DNA of 64,000 bases from Candidatus Sungiibacteriota bacterium (GTDB lineage Bacteria; Patescibacteriota; Minisyncoccia; Sungbacterales; HO2-52-23): positions 134,151 to 198,150 of the forward strand of contig JACPBG010000004.1 in the NCBI GenBank assembly GCA_016180435.1, read 5' to 3'. The number at the start of each line of letters is the position of its first letter. Within the stretch, counting starts at the first letter, position 1. This document shows positions 48,209 through 58,737 of the stretch, piece after piece. A program made the translations under genes and the position numbers. The notes below the pieces were generated by a model. It saw only the letters and a program-made list of their open reading frames with translations, was not told the origin of the DNA and searched no databases.

Positions 48209-49546
48209 TTACTTTTGCGCAATGACAACAGTTGCGAGAGCAGACGTTTTTCCTTCAGCCGCATCCATGCGCGCATCCAGCCATTTTTCAATGCGCTGGG
48301 ATATATCTTTTCCGAAAAGCGATCCAAGACATCCGACCAGGATTGCAATCGGAACAATGTCCGGGATTCTGGGGTTTAATGCAAAATACCCCATTTTGCA
48401 AAAATCCACCAAACCCTTGGGTATGCAGGCGCTTACATGGTACCCGGTGTGGTTTCTGTTTCCGGCGCGACTCGTGGCAGTGTGTAAAAACGAATCCAGA
48501 AAGAAAATTATGGCCGCGATAAGCATAATAACCATGCGCGGCAGATCATCCATGCCCGGGATCGGAAGAGGAAACGCAAGCGATTGTACATTGACTCCCA
48601 AGTAATTAAGAATAGATTCATTCGCTAGAATCCATGTTGCGGACAGAGCCGCAAAAATCGTATATGGAAGTTTGGATTGTTTAACCTGGGCCTTCTTTTC
48701 AAGATGGCGGTCGGGTGCTATGTCGGCTTTGCGTTCGATGATCATGGAGAAAAATGCCCCCAGGGTTGACCCGAGTACGGTTGATAATATATAGGGCAGA
48801 GAAAGCTCGATCGGCAAATGTACCGAAAAAAGATAGACCGCGTTTACATAGAAGATAGTTCCTCCGAGTAACTCTATGGCAACGATGTAATTATTGTTGC
48901 CGCGGTTTTGTGCCCGGGCCTTCATAGAAGTAAAAAGGTTTTGCAGAATGCTAAGCCCTACAATTACCATGAGGCCGTTTTTCAATGCAACGTCAAAATA
49001 GATCAGGCCATATAGGGTGTAGCCGATGAGTGCTGAAAAAAGCACCCAAAATGTCGGCTCTCTCGCAATATATCGCAGGCGTTTTCCCGGTGCGAGTTTA
49101 TCGTCTCGCGTGGCATCGGCTTTCAAGTCAAATCTTTTGACTACGTATTGCGCCCACAAAACCCCGATGGTACGGCCTGCGGCTACGCCGGCAATAAACG
49201 GGAACAAATAAATCCAATTGGCTCTGGCGTCGTCAAATAGATGCATGGTGGCATACCACGTTCCATTGGAAGCAACAGCCGCGACCGCATGCCAGAAAAA
49301 TGATCCGCGCTGGCGCAAATTGCTCACAAAAACAAAAGAAATAAATTGCGCGATGGCGGCTGAAAAGAAAATTATCGCCTTGCCGTAATCCGGCAGAAGA
49401 TATGCCAGCCCCACTCCGATTATAATGCTTGCCAGCGGTGTTAAACGGCTTCCGATGGTTACCTTGAATTTCAGGCGATGGTGCAGAAACCATCCGGACA
49501 AGCTCGCCAAGATCATCGCCAGTATCAGAATTTCGGTTTGATACAC
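48209..49546 (-). CDS. Polytopic integral membrane protein, function unknown
   Basis: ~12 predicted hydrophobic helices over 445 aa. Confidence 0.4.
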   Translation of the reverse strand: MYQTEILILAMILASLSGWFLHHRLKFKVTIGSRLTPLASIIIGVGLAYLLPDYGKAIIFFSAAIAQFISFVFVSNLRQRGSFFWHAVAAVASNGTWYATMHLFDDARANWIYLFPFIAGVAAGRTIGVLWAQYVVKRFDLKADATRDDKLAPGKRLRYIAREPTFWVLFSALIGYTLYGLIYFDVALKNGLMVIVGLSILQNLFTSMKARAQNRGNNNYIVAIELLGGTIFYVNAVYLFSVHLPIELSLPYILSTVLGSTLGAFFSMIIERKADIAPDRHLEKKAQVKQSKLPYTIFAALSATWILANESILNYLGVNVQSLAFPLPIPGMDDLPRMVIMLIAAIIFFLDSFLHTATSRAGNRNHTGYHVSACIPKGLVDFCKMGYFALNPRIPDIVPIAILVGCLGSLFGKDISQRIEKWLDARMDAAEGKTSALATVVIAQK

Positions 49547-50085
49547 AAAAAGCCCCTTTGGTAATGTGCTGTTGGTAGTAAAGCATAAACCCCATTTTTA
49601 TCTAATCAAAGTTTTCCACAGCCCCGAAGTTACAATAAAATCGGCGCGTAGCGCTACATTCAATATGCCCTCATACACTCTGAACAAAATTTAGTGGACA
49701 ACGAGAAAACTGTTAAGCGAGCCAATCACTTTCTTAATTCAATTAATGGAGGACTGATTTCTGTTATAAGTGAGGCATCCTGGGTTTTTCGGCAATGGGA
49801 GGGCGAACAGCTTGGCCCGAGCATTCCAAATTATTTGAGTGCTCGGTGTTCGCCCGACCCTGCAGGCCGCCGCAGGAGCGGCCGAAGCCTTGCCGAAAAA
49901 TACAGGATGCCGAGCGAAAATTTTGTCCAAACCGAAGTTCTTGAATTAAAAAGTGGTTGGCGAGCTGTATATTAAACCACAATTTTAAATTTTGTGAAGT
50001 TCCCAAACGCTTTTCCACAGGCATAATGAAAGCAGATGTTCTCTGACAATAACATAACGGCATCTATAGGCATGGAGGATCGGAA

Positions 50086-53000
50086 ATGAAAAAAAGATCA
50101 ACTTATTGGCTTGAAGATAACGAAAGAAGATTAAACCTATTGCGTGAACACCGACTTGACCCATGGGAAGAACTTGAGAAATTGTTTCCGGAAAAAACCA
50201 GACGTGCCATTAAACATACAATGTCCGGGTATAGAATTCGGAGGGATCGTGATAAAGTGCCTGATGCGAACGTTGGCCCACAAAAGTGGACTCAAGAACT
50301 TATTGAAGATCTCCGTGAAAATCGAAATAAGCCCTGGCCATTTCTTACAAAAAGATTCGGCTGTCGTAAACGTCAGCTGGAGAGTATTATGGGCGAAAAT
50401 GACATCCGGCGCGACCGTCTTGAAAATATCATCTGGGACGAGAATCACGAGCGGATTCTAATTGAAGCTGCGCTTGAATCTCATTCTTATAGTCCGTATA
50501 TTTCGGCGGGAAGAAAAAAACTTAGGGACATTATCATAGCAACACGCGCGAAATTAAAAGAATTAGGATTCAGGGGAAGTACAACTCATAATGCATTAAA
50601 GATGCATATACACAATTTAACGCCGGAACGAGTTGCCGCGCTTGGCTTCAAAGAGATCCTAATACCGATTATCTGGGGAAAATCCGAAAAGGGTAAAGTT
50701 GAAGAAGTAACGGTCAGGTGGTGGGAAGAACTTGAAAAATCCGACTCGGAACGGTATCAGAAGTTCAAGGATGAATTTTTGAACCGCTGGCGTTCTGATT
50801 ACCGTGTTGCCGGAAATACCAATGAGGACCTGCTTAAAGAATGGCAGGAAGCGGTAAGCGTAGACGGTTTAAAGGCCGCCGCAAGATTTTTGGGAGAAAC
50901 GCGAACTCGAATTGAAATCGTACGCGAATATAAAAGCGTGGAGGAACTAGATAAGAAGATTGACCGCCGCATGACCGAGCTTATTTACGAAAATATACTT
51001 AAGGAGGCGGGTGCTGAAGGTTTGCGGCAGCGCATTTTAATTGAATTTGCCGATGAAATTGCTAAGATCAAATTCAATTTGACTCCTGAGTATTTCGGAA
51101 AGAAGCTTGGCCGAATTTTGTGGGTTGACGAAAAGGGCGGCGCGCTTGCTACTCTGAGGGAGTTTATCGAAAAAGGAATCGTGGATAAATTTACCGAGTA
51201 CCATCGTCATATCCCTTTGGAAATGATTCAGTCCAAAGAACGGGAAGAAAGGGGTCTTACGACCGTTAAGCATCCTGCGCCCTTTGCTTCTAATTTCGTT
51301 CACGGCATCGGTCGCATTATAGGAGACGGAGATAAAGATATTCCGGAGGAAGAAATCCGCAATTTCAAACTGCCGGAAATATCTTTTGATAAGCCCCTGG
51401 AGATAGCGTTTCGGGACCCAAGAAATTTTAAGTTTGGAATCATGAGCGGTCCGCAGCTTGGTCTATTGCATACTCCTCGTATGGAGCAAAATCCAATTCG
51501 TCGCAGTTTCGCCTATGCCGAAAGAAATAAATGGGAAGCGTTTCTCCTAACAGGAATTTTTGATCTTGATATGACCAAGGCCGCGGGTCCGGTCAAGGGC
51601 CTGCGTTCTCTTTATAGCGGCAGAAATACCAACGTCAATGTGCTTGATCCCGGATATCAAGAAGTGGCGCTTGGCGTCATAAACGCGATTAAAGCCAACG
51701 AATTTACCAGCGAGATTATTTATGAAACCGCCAAAGAGGCAGCCAAAAATCTGTTGTGCGGATGGTGGAATGTTTTTATCCGTCCCGATAAGACCCCTGA
51801 ATTTTCGGGAAAAGTGTTGATTGTATTCGGTCCCAAGGAATTTGAAACCGTGATGGCCGCGGCGCATGCGGAAATCGTATTCATAACAGGACGCAAACAA
51901 GGAGAGCTTCGTGCTCTGGCAGCTGCAGCAGCACGCGCCATGAGGCGTGATGAGAAAGAAATTCGCGCGATTGATAAAAAACTTGCGGATCTGGAGCGCG
52001 ACCTTACTCGAGAAGAAGATCCGGCGGTTAAAGAAAAATTGCAAAAGACATATGAAGATCTGCGCAACACTTTAACCGAGGATAAGAAAGAAATTGAAGA
52101 ACTAAAAGCCGAATTCCGCCGACTTAAGGAACAGGAGTCGCGCACCCGCATGACTAACGTTACACCCGAAGATTGGCAGCGGTTCCATAAATTGGCACTG
52201 GCATTGATTTCTCTTCTCGTTCAACGCGCCATTCCAGGATCGCAAGTGATATCTTTGGGCGATACATTCATAAAAGTCGGACCGGAGCCAAAGGATAAAG
52301 TTCATATTGTTATCCCGGGGCATTTGCAAGTGACCGATGCGCTTCTCTCCAAATTTTGTGATTCTTATGCGTCCCTGGCGCTTTCAATGAAGATGGCGGA
52401 AACAGTTGTAATCTGCCATCCGCACGCGATTTCCTATGCCGTGACAGCGCGTGAAGTTGATGCCAAAGGAAAACGTGAATACTCCCCGCGAGTGTATGTG
52501 GCGCCAATTCTAGTGGATGGGAAATTCATGCGAGAGAAAACGAGCCAAATTGTTCGGGGCGGAGGGCATCCGATTAGGAGCGTGGTTAATCATCCCATGT
52601 TTCAGGGTGGACTCCTGGAAATTACCGCTACCAACGGTATGGTAAATGCATCTCCGGTTACGATTGAGGCACTGGGTTTTTACGAAACAATCGCGAGGCG
52701 TAAATCGCCGACTAAATATCCTACCGGTAAATACATCTGGATTATGGCTGCCACTGACCAGCATTGGGGAGGGCGCGCCAAGGAATTTTTGCGTAACCCT
52801 AGGGTTGGTAAAAGCTTGGGTATGGCCGAGGCGGTATTTTATCTTATGCATATGTCTGGTTACGGAGACGGCGACAAATTACCGCCATTCCATATGTTCG
52901 TGGTGAATGACGACCCGACTCAAGGACACCATTTTCCTGCAGAAAAAGAGCCACATCGGCACGAAATGCAGCACTATCGTTTCGAAAAAGAACTGCATGA

Positions 53001-53883
53001 ACTTCGCGGGCAAATCAAAGCAGAGAAAAATCCGCGAATACGCGAAACCCTAATTGACAAGATGGAGGCTTTCTCCAGTCGTCAAGTACGCGTGCGCGGA
53101 ACAGATTCTTATACCCGTCAGATCGACGCATTTGTGAAATGTCATATTAAGCCAAACATCGATATCTTTAGCGGAATGCTTTTGCGAAGCATTAAAGCAG
53201 GACTTAGGTTGCGTCCGGTTAGCGAATTTGAGGATTATCTTGAGGTTCCTTACGACACGTGTGATCTCGGGTTTGACAATAATGGCACGGGTAACCACGG
53301 CATAAAGACAACCGACGGGAATTTATCCGAAGGATGGTTATTCGCGGAATTCAAGAAATCGTACTTACTGGCGCGTCCGCAATGGGCCGGCCAAGAGGAA
53401 CTTCTGGATAAATATGTAAAGGGACCGGTCTTTGGAAATAAATTCATAGCTTTTGGGACAGTACAGGCATCCGGCGGCTATGAATACGCGTTTGATCTTC
53501 GCAATACCCCGGCGGCCAATGCGGTAGATTGGGGTAACACCGTTCGTCAGGGAGCAAGAATTGCGTTGCGACGAGCGAATTACTCACGCATTTTTGATGA
53601 AAAGTTTATTGTTCGGATGTCGGGCGATAAGCACTTTCTCGGGGCCTTGCTTGCCTCGTTTTTCCTGGAGTTCATGGCGCCCGCCGGAACACATACGGAT
53701 GCGTTTGGCGAGCTTGGTTTTCCGCCGAATAATACCGGAATCGTGTTTCTGGGCCTTCCCGCCGAAGGACCAAGATCCGGACCAATTCTTATCAGGCCAC
53801 TGCTCGTTCATCATTTACGCGATTATATCGAGGAACATCCTCGCTCGTTCGATTGGGAGGCATTTTTACCCAATCCATTATGA
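50086..53883 (+). CDS. Large (1265-aa) orphan protein: N-terminal tandem Myb/SANT-like Trp repeats, central coiled coil, C-terminal region with DxH / GDGD / GHH metal-site-like motifs
   Basis: W-x18-W spacing twice in first 110 aa (YWLEDNERRLNLLREHRLDPWEEL...; QKWTQELIEDLRENRNKPWPFL...); coiled coil ~aa 620-700; WIMAATDQHWGG...GYGDGDK...VVNDDPTQGHH; no Walker A. Confidence 0.5.
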   Translation: MKKRSTYWLEDNERRLNLLREHRLDPWEELEKLFPEKTRRAIKHTMSGYRIRRDRDKVPDANVGPQKWTQELIEDLRENRNKPWPFLTKRFGCRKRQLESIMGENDIRRDRLENIIWDENHERILIEAALESHSYSPYISAGRKKLRDIIIATRAKLKELGFRGSTTHNALKMHIHNLTPERVAALGFKEILIPIIWGKSEKGKVEEVTVRWWEELEKSDSERYQKFKDEFLNRWRSDYRVAGNTNEDLLKEWQEAVSVDGLKAAARFLGETRTRIEIVREYKSVEELDKKIDRRMTELIYENILKEAGAEGLRQRILIEFADEIAKIKFNLTPEYFGKKLGRILWVDEKGGALATLREFIEKGIVDKFTEYHRHIPLEMIQSKEREERGLTTVKHPAPFASNFVHGIGRIIGDGDKDIPEEEIRNFKLPEISFDKPLEIAFRDPRNFKFGIMSGPQLGLLHTPRMEQNPIRRSFAYAERNKWEAFLLTGIFDLDMTKAAGPVKGLRSLYSGRNTNVNVLDPGYQEVALGVINAIKANEFTSEIIYETAKEAAKNLLCGWWNVFIRPDKTPEFSGKVLIVFGPKEFETVMAAAHAEIVFITGRKQGELRALAAAAARAMRRDEKEIRAIDKKLADLERDLTREEDPAVKEKLQKTYEDLRNTLTEDKKEIEELKAEFRRLKEQESRTRMTNVTPEDWQRFHKLALALISLLVQRAIPGSQVISLGDTFIKVGPEPKDKVHIVIPGHLQVTDALLSKFCDSYASLALSMKMAETVVICHPHAISYAVTAREVDAKGKREYSPRVYVAPILVDGKFMREKTSQIVRGGGHPIRSVVNHPMFQGGLLEITATNGMVNASPVTIEALGFYETIARRKSPTKYPTGKYIWIMAATDQHWGGRAKEFLRNPRVGKSLGMAEAVFYLMHMSGYGDGDKLPPFHMFVVNDDPTQGHHFPAEKEPHRHEMQHYRFEKELHELRGQIKAEKNPRIRETLIDKMEAFSSRQVRVRGTDSYTRQIDAFVKCHIKPNIDIFSGMLLRSIKAGLRLRPVSEFEDYLEVPYDTCDLGFDNNGTGNHGIKTTDGNLSEGWLFAEFKKSYLLARPQWAGQEELLDKYVKGPVFGNKFIAFGTVQASGGYEYAFDLRNTPAANAVDWGNTVRQGARIALRRANYSRIFDEKFIVRMSGDKHFLGALLASFFLEFMAPAGTHTDAFGELGFPPNNTGIVFLGLPAEGPRSGPILIRPLLVHHLRDYIEEHPRSFDWEAFLPNPL

Positions 53884-54057
53884 ATTAGAGTACCCGAGAT
53901 TCATTTCTCGGGATTTTATTTATTTATTATCTATCAAAAAAAAGAGTAACGCTGTTGGACCAGGATTTTCACCCCGTTAGATAAATTTTAAGCAAACCTG
54001 CGGGACCTGGATTTTTACCCCGTTAGATACAAAATATTTAACCCGCTTCCGGGTAGG

Positions 54058-54132
54058 GCTGCCGGGCTTGGACTCGAACCAAGATAACATGCTTCAGAGG
54101 CATGCATCCTACCGTTAGATGACCCGGCAGCT
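54058..54132 (-). tRNA. tRNA-Gln-like (anticodon CTG), slightly irregular acceptor/T junction
   Basis: Minus strand gctgccgggtcatctaacggtaggatgcatgcCTCTGAAgcatgttatcttggttcgagtccaagcccggcagc: anticodon stem catgc/gcatg, loop CTCTGAA, T-arm cttgg-ttcgagt-ccaag. Confidence 0.5.
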
Positions 54133-54185
54133 CTACCAATAAACAGGCAGATTTTAAATAATTAACACGGTGAATTCTTAAGTAT

Positions 54186-54250
54186 CTAACGGGGCGGGCC
54201 AGGATAACATGCTCCAGAGGCATGTGTCCTACCGTTAGACGATCCCGCAA
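54186..54250 (-). pseudogene. Truncated duplicate of the tRNA-Gln-like gene (acceptor/D/anticodon arms, no T-arm)
   Basis: Minus strand gcgggatcgtctaacggtaggacacatgcctctggagcatgttatcctggcccgccccgttag parallels the 5' two-thirds of the adjacent tRNA. Confidence 0.35.
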
Positions 54251-54312
54251 AAATTGAAAAATCGTTCCGTTATCGGAACGATTTTAAATATAGCATAAAA
54301 GGCGCAAAAAAT

Positions 54313-55215
54313 CTATATATCCAGGTACTTTCGCACCGCGAGGAAACTGGAAAATACGCCGATTAAAATTCCGGTGCCGAATAAAATTGCGGAAAATTCT
54401 AATAAATTCATGAGGAAATATTGGAACAGATCAAAACTCGGCATAAGAAGAATCAGGCGCGGGGAAATAAGCCAGACCAGCGGAAAAAATATCAAAACCG
54501 TTAAAATCGCGGCCGATGCTCCGTAAAGCACGCCGGAAACCAGAAACGGCCCGCGGATAAACCAGCGCGCAGCGCCCACCAGACGCATAATGCCGATTTC
54601 TTCCCGCATGGTATAAATTGCCATACGAATTGTATTTACTGAGACCAAAATAGCGATGATGGAAAGCACCAAAACAAGCACCGAACCCCCGCCGCGCACC
54701 GAATTCAAAATAGTGGACAGGCGCTCAATCACCAGCTTGTTTTCAAAATAATTTATTTTATCAATCACCGGATATTTTTTGCCGGATAAAAATTCGCTGA
54801 TAGCCGCATATTGCGCTGGATTTTTGGCGCGAATATTCAAACTTGCCTGCAGGGGATTTTCTCCCAATTCTTCCAGCGCTTGTCCGATAAGTTCCTCGTC
54901 TTTATGGCGCGCGCGGAAAACTTGCAGTGCTTCGTCCCGCGAAACATATTGGACTTGAGCCACATCCGGATGCGATTCCAAATCCTTTTTTACCGCGAAA
55001 ATGTTTTCCTCCGGGGCATCGGAGGCAAAATATACGGATACGTCAATTTTGGACCCGAACTCCGCCAAAATGGTGGATGCAAAAGCCGAAAGGAAAATCA
55101 AATTCCCCAAAACAAAAAGCGAGAGCACCATGACCATCACAGTCGCGGCCGAAAGCCAGCCGTTGCGTTTGAAATTCAAAAATCCGGTTTTTAGAATTCG
55201 TTTTAGTGTTGTCAT
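54313..55215 (-). CDS. ftsX: Cell division ABC transporter permease FtsX
   Basis: N-terminal LKRILKTGFLNFKRNGWLSAATVMVMVLSLFVLG signature, 4 TM with large periplasmic loop. Confidence 0.8.
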   Translation of the reverse strand: MTTLKRILKTGFLNFKRNGWLSAATVMVMVLSLFVLGNLIFLSAFASTILAEFGSKIDVSVYFASDAPEENIFAVKKDLESHPDVAQVQYVSRDEALQVFRARHKDEELIGQALEELGENPLQASLNIRAKNPAQYAAISEFLSGKKYPVIDKINYFENKLVIERLSTILNSVRGGGSVLVLVLSIIAILVSVNTIRMAIYTMREEIGIMRLVGAARWFIRGPFLVSGVLYGASAAILTVLIFFPLVWLISPRLILLMPSFDLFQYFLMNLLEFSAILFGTGILIGVFSSFLAVRKYLDI

Positions 55216-55320
55216 AATTATAGAAGCAAAGTTAAACGCAAACTATAACGCAAAATCAAACGCAATACAATTTTTTATTATCAATCCCTCCTCCTCGGAA
55301 AATGAAAATTAACTGCACAT

Positions 55321-56001
55321 CTACACCAAATACTTTCCATTTTCCTTATCACTCACCACCATTCCCTTATCCAGCACCACTACCCGCTTGCCTATCATAT
55401 TGATCACCTCTTTATCATGGGACGCCAGAACCACCGTGGTTCCGAGCTCATTGATTTTTTGCAGTAACTTTATTATCTCCCATGTATTTATGGGGTCAAG
55501 GTTGCCGGTCGGCTCATCCGCCAAAATAACATCCGGCCGGTTCACGATCGCGCGCGCAATCGCCACCCGCTGTTTTTCTCCGCCGGACAACTGATGCGGG
55601 AAATTGTGCATTTTATCCTTAAGCCCCACGATCTCAAGCGATTGCGGGACATCCTCGTCTATCTCCTCATCCGATTTGCCGGATGCCTCCATGGCAAACG
55701 CCACATTCTCATACGCGGTCTTGGAAGAAAGAAGCTTATAATCCTGAAAAATGGTGCCGATGCGGCGCCGGAGCAGATGCAGGCGTCTTCGATCAAGCTC
55801 GCCGACCTCCGCGCCGTCAAAAATTATCTTGCCGCGGGACGGCTCCTCCTCCCGTATCAATAATTTCAAAAACGTGGTTTTCCCCGCGCCCGAAGAACCC
55901 ACCACGGAAACAAATTCCTTGGGATTAATTTTAAGAGTCACGTCTTTTAACGCGACGGAATTGTGGTTATAAAATTTTGAGACGTTATCAAAAAAAATCA
56001 T
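55321..56001 (-). CDS. ftsE: Cell division ATP-binding protein FtsE
   Basis: Walker [11 protein letters not shown]-loop, ABC signature [14 protein letters not shown], Walker [12 protein letters not shown]; start set at MIFFDNV. Confidence 0.85.
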   Translation of the reverse strand: MIFFDNVSKFYNHNSVALKDVTLKINPKEFVSVVGSSGAGKTTFLKLLIREEEPSRGKIIFDGAEVGELDRRRLHLLRRRIGTIFQDYKLLSSKTAYENVAFAMEASGKSDEEIDEDVPQSLEIVGLKDKMHNFPHQLSGGEKQRVAIARAIVNRPDVILADEPTGNLDPINTWEIIKLLQKINELGTTVVLASHDKEVINMIGKRVVVLDKGMVVSDKENGKYLV

Positions 56002-56213
56002 TGCTCGCTTTTTAATTTCAGCAACATGGTTTTGAAACCCGCTCGTCTCGCCAGCGCGAGACTCGCTAAGCATCCAGCGCGGCGCCGCGCACTCAATACT
56101 TTGAGTGCTCGGACCATGCCGCCGCGCCTCCTGATTGTTTCAAAACCATATTACTGAAATTATTTGACTCGCTTTCTACATTTGCTTAATGTAGCACCTA
56201 TCGGTGCAATCAC

Positions 56214-56585
56214 TTAACTATTTTTTATATTTGATTGTAATTCGTCCCATTTCCGTTTAACTTTCTCGCTTGAAACCGGGCTTATATCTAAATCTATTCT
56301 GCCGTTCTCAACCCACAAAATGAGGCGAGATGTACCGCCGTCTCCCAAAGAAATATTAAGACTTGAGAATCCTTCTCCGGCGTCATGAATAAACCTATCA
56401 ATATCCCGCAAAAATTGTTTGGTACTGACTCCGTCTTGAAAATCTCCGCTATTGCCGCCGGTCAAAATATGATTAATTTCACTAAGCGCCGCATACAATT
56501 TTTGCTTATCTTGCGATGTTATTGCTTCAGTAATCTCTTTTGCCAATGTTGATTTTTTAGATTCTTTTTTCGGATCACCTTCCAT
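56214..56585 (-). CDS. Hypothetical protein downstream of prfB
   Basis: ORF; start placed at Met just after prfB stop. Confidence 0.3.
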   Translation of the reverse strand: MEGDPKKESKKSTLAKEITEAITSQDKQKLYAALSEINHILTGGNSGDFQDGVSTKQFLRDIDRFIHDAGEGFSSLNISLGDGGTSRLILWVENGRIDLDISPVSSEKVKRKWDELQSNIKNS

Positions 56586-56589
56586 AATT

Positions 56590-57700
56590 TTACATTTTAA
56601 TCTCGGCTTCGATAAATTCATCCAAATCCCCATCAAGCACCTTATCAATTTGCGAGGTTTCAATGTCTGTCCGGTGGTCCTTTACCATTTGATACGGGTG
56701 CATAACGTAGGAACGGATTTGACTTCCCCATTCTATGGAGACCTTTTCATTGCGGACTCCGCTACGTTCCTGTTCCTGTTTTTCAAGAGCGGCGCGGTAA
56801 AGTTTGGAACGCAAAAGATCCATGGCTATCTCCCGATTCCGTTCCTGCGAACGCTCGGCTTGGGATGCCACCTGAATGCCGGTCGGAGTATGAATAATGC
56901 GTACAGCTGTTTCGCGCTTATTCACATTTTGCCCGCCCGGGCCGGATGAGCGGAAAAATTCCACCTTAATATCGTCTGATTTTAATTCAACCTCGTCCGG
57001 CGCCACAAACTCCGGCATAACATCCACTAGCACAAAAGAGGTGTGGCGCAATTTCTGCGCGGAAAACGGGGAAATTCTTACTAAACGGTGTACCCCCGAT
57101 TCTTTTTTCAAATATCCGTATGCCGCCGGACCCTGAATAGCGATTGTGGCGTTTTTCATGCCCAATCCGCCCGGACCGGAATATTCCCCCCAATGTTCAT
57201 GGAGGATTTTTGCCATCCATTTGCGGCGTTCGGCATATCTTTGAAACATGCGCAGGAGAATGGCGGCCCAATCCTCCGCATCTTTTCCTCCGGCTCCGGC
57301 ATAAACCGATAATACCGCACTGCCTTTGTCGTATTTACCGGAAAAATAAAGTTCGTTCTCCCGGCGATGAACCGCCTGCGAAACATTATCCGCCTTCCCG
57401 GCTAATTCTTTCAAAAAATTATCATCGGATGATTCGGTCGCCGCCAATTCCGCCAAATCCTTTAATTCTTTATCCAATGCCTCCCAGTCCTCAACCGAAC
57501 GTTTCAAAACAGCCAATTCCTGCGATGATTTTGCGGCGCTCTCGCGCATATCCCAAAAATTAGGGTGCTGCATGTCTTTTTCTATTTTCAAAATTTCTTC
57601 GCGTTTTCCGGCTATGTCAAAGACGGTCCGCGAGACCGCGGATCTTAATACCCAATAAATTCAGCTTTTCGCCAAGATAATCCATAACTTTCTTAATCAT
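56590..57700 (-). CDS. prfB: Peptide chain release factor 2 with programmed +1 frameshift (CUU UGA C at 57622-57616)
   Basis: GGQ motif SGPGGQNVNK and RF2-specific SPF; upstream frame-0 ORF ATG 57700 MIKKVMDYLGEKLNLLGIKIRGLADRL-stop ends in CTT TGA C, the +1 frame continues DIAGKREEILKIEKDMQ into the main ORF. Confidence 0.85.
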
Positions 57701-57978
57701 ACCATGATAATATAAAAAATAAAGGGGACTGTTATGAATTTGGTGAATAATGAGATTTTAAGCCAATTTTATTCTTCGAGCCTGTCGAGAAGTACATTAT
57801 GGATTAAGGTAATTTCTCGACGCGCCGCCGCTGCGGCTTGCTCGAAAAAATAACTTATTTAGGCATTACTCACCAAATTTTGTTATACACCCCTATAATA
57901 ATTTGGGGGGGGTAATTTAAATCAAACTTTGATCGTAAAAACCGTACGGGCTTTCAGAAATTTTTCAAGACAGCGTTC

Positions 57979-58725
57979 TTATATTTCTACACTTATTGGT
58001 AAATGATCAGAACCATACGAATTTAAAAATCTTCGTTTTGAAATAATTTTTGTTATATTGGGAAGTAAAATATAGTCAAGTTGCATAGGAAATTTAAGAA
58101 ATGTTAGTAAGCCCCTAAAGGGATTTTGAAGTTTATTAAGGTCAAAGGTGGCTCTCAAAATCGTTTTTTCGTTAATAAAAAATTCTCTAATTTTGAATCC
58201 AAAATATTTCCACACAAATATATTTATTACCGGATGCCCGAAAGTATTAAGATCCCCACAAACAATATTTTCACGCTGGGGGTTAAAATTCTCAAGAACT
58301 TCACGGAATTGAGACAAACGATGATATGGTCCAGCCACGCACCTAAAATGTACATTGAAAATTCGTAATTTACGTTCGCCTATGTCAATATCAGCATACA
58401 TTGAATCAGCTCTAAAATCCTGATATCTGTCATCTTGTTTTGTGATATCTTCATAGTAATTTTTATGCTTGATAACACCCTTATTTTGAATAGGGGTATT
58501 TGAGATTATTACTGTATACATTCTGTCTGGTTTCTTGCGTGAATTATTGTATACAAGAAATTCTTCTTCAAAATATAAATGCGCTGTCAATAAGTTTAGT
58601 TTCTTTAAGTCTTGAATCGGAAACTCCTGTAGGCAGATAACGTCAAATTTTCCGTTTTTCAAAAACTCAACAGCATCTGGCATTCTTTTATTATCCTTAT
58701 AAATATTCCACGATAAAATTTTCAT
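57979..58725 (-). CDS. Endonuclease/exonuclease/phosphatase (EEP) family protein
   Basis: MKILSWNIYK...FDVICLQEF N-terminal signature and C-terminal SDHLP. Confidence 0.7.
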   Translation of the reverse strand: MKILSWNIYKDNKRMPDAVEFLKNGKFDVICLQEFPIQDLKKLNLLTAHLYFEEEFLVYNNSRKKPDRMYTVIISNTPIQNKGVIKHKNYYEDITKQDDRYQDFRADSMYADIDIGERKLRIFNVHFRCVAGPYHRLSQFREVLENFNPQRENIVCGDLNTFGHPVINIFVWKYFGFKIREFFINEKTILRATFDLNKLQNPFRGLLTFLKFPMQLDYILLPNITKIISKRRFLNSYGSDHLPISVEI

Positions 58726-58737
58726 TTTGTGAGTAGT

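Noticed and set aside
49694-49975. 93-aa plus ORF in the leader upstream of the large protein
   Set aside because: No RBS and it overlaps antisense ORFs of similar length. The region is more consistent with a structured non-coding leader, though a small protein cannot be excluded.
50086-53883. Interpretation of the 1265-aa protein as a family-B DNA polymerase, reverse transcriptase or Cas effector
   Set aside because: YGDGD resembles PolB motif C and SLYSG resembles motif A, but spacing (~400 aa) and absence of motif B/exonuclease motifs argue against it. There is no YxDD RT motif context, no RuvC/HNH/HEPN pattern beyond one chance R-x4-H, and no CRISPR array nearby.
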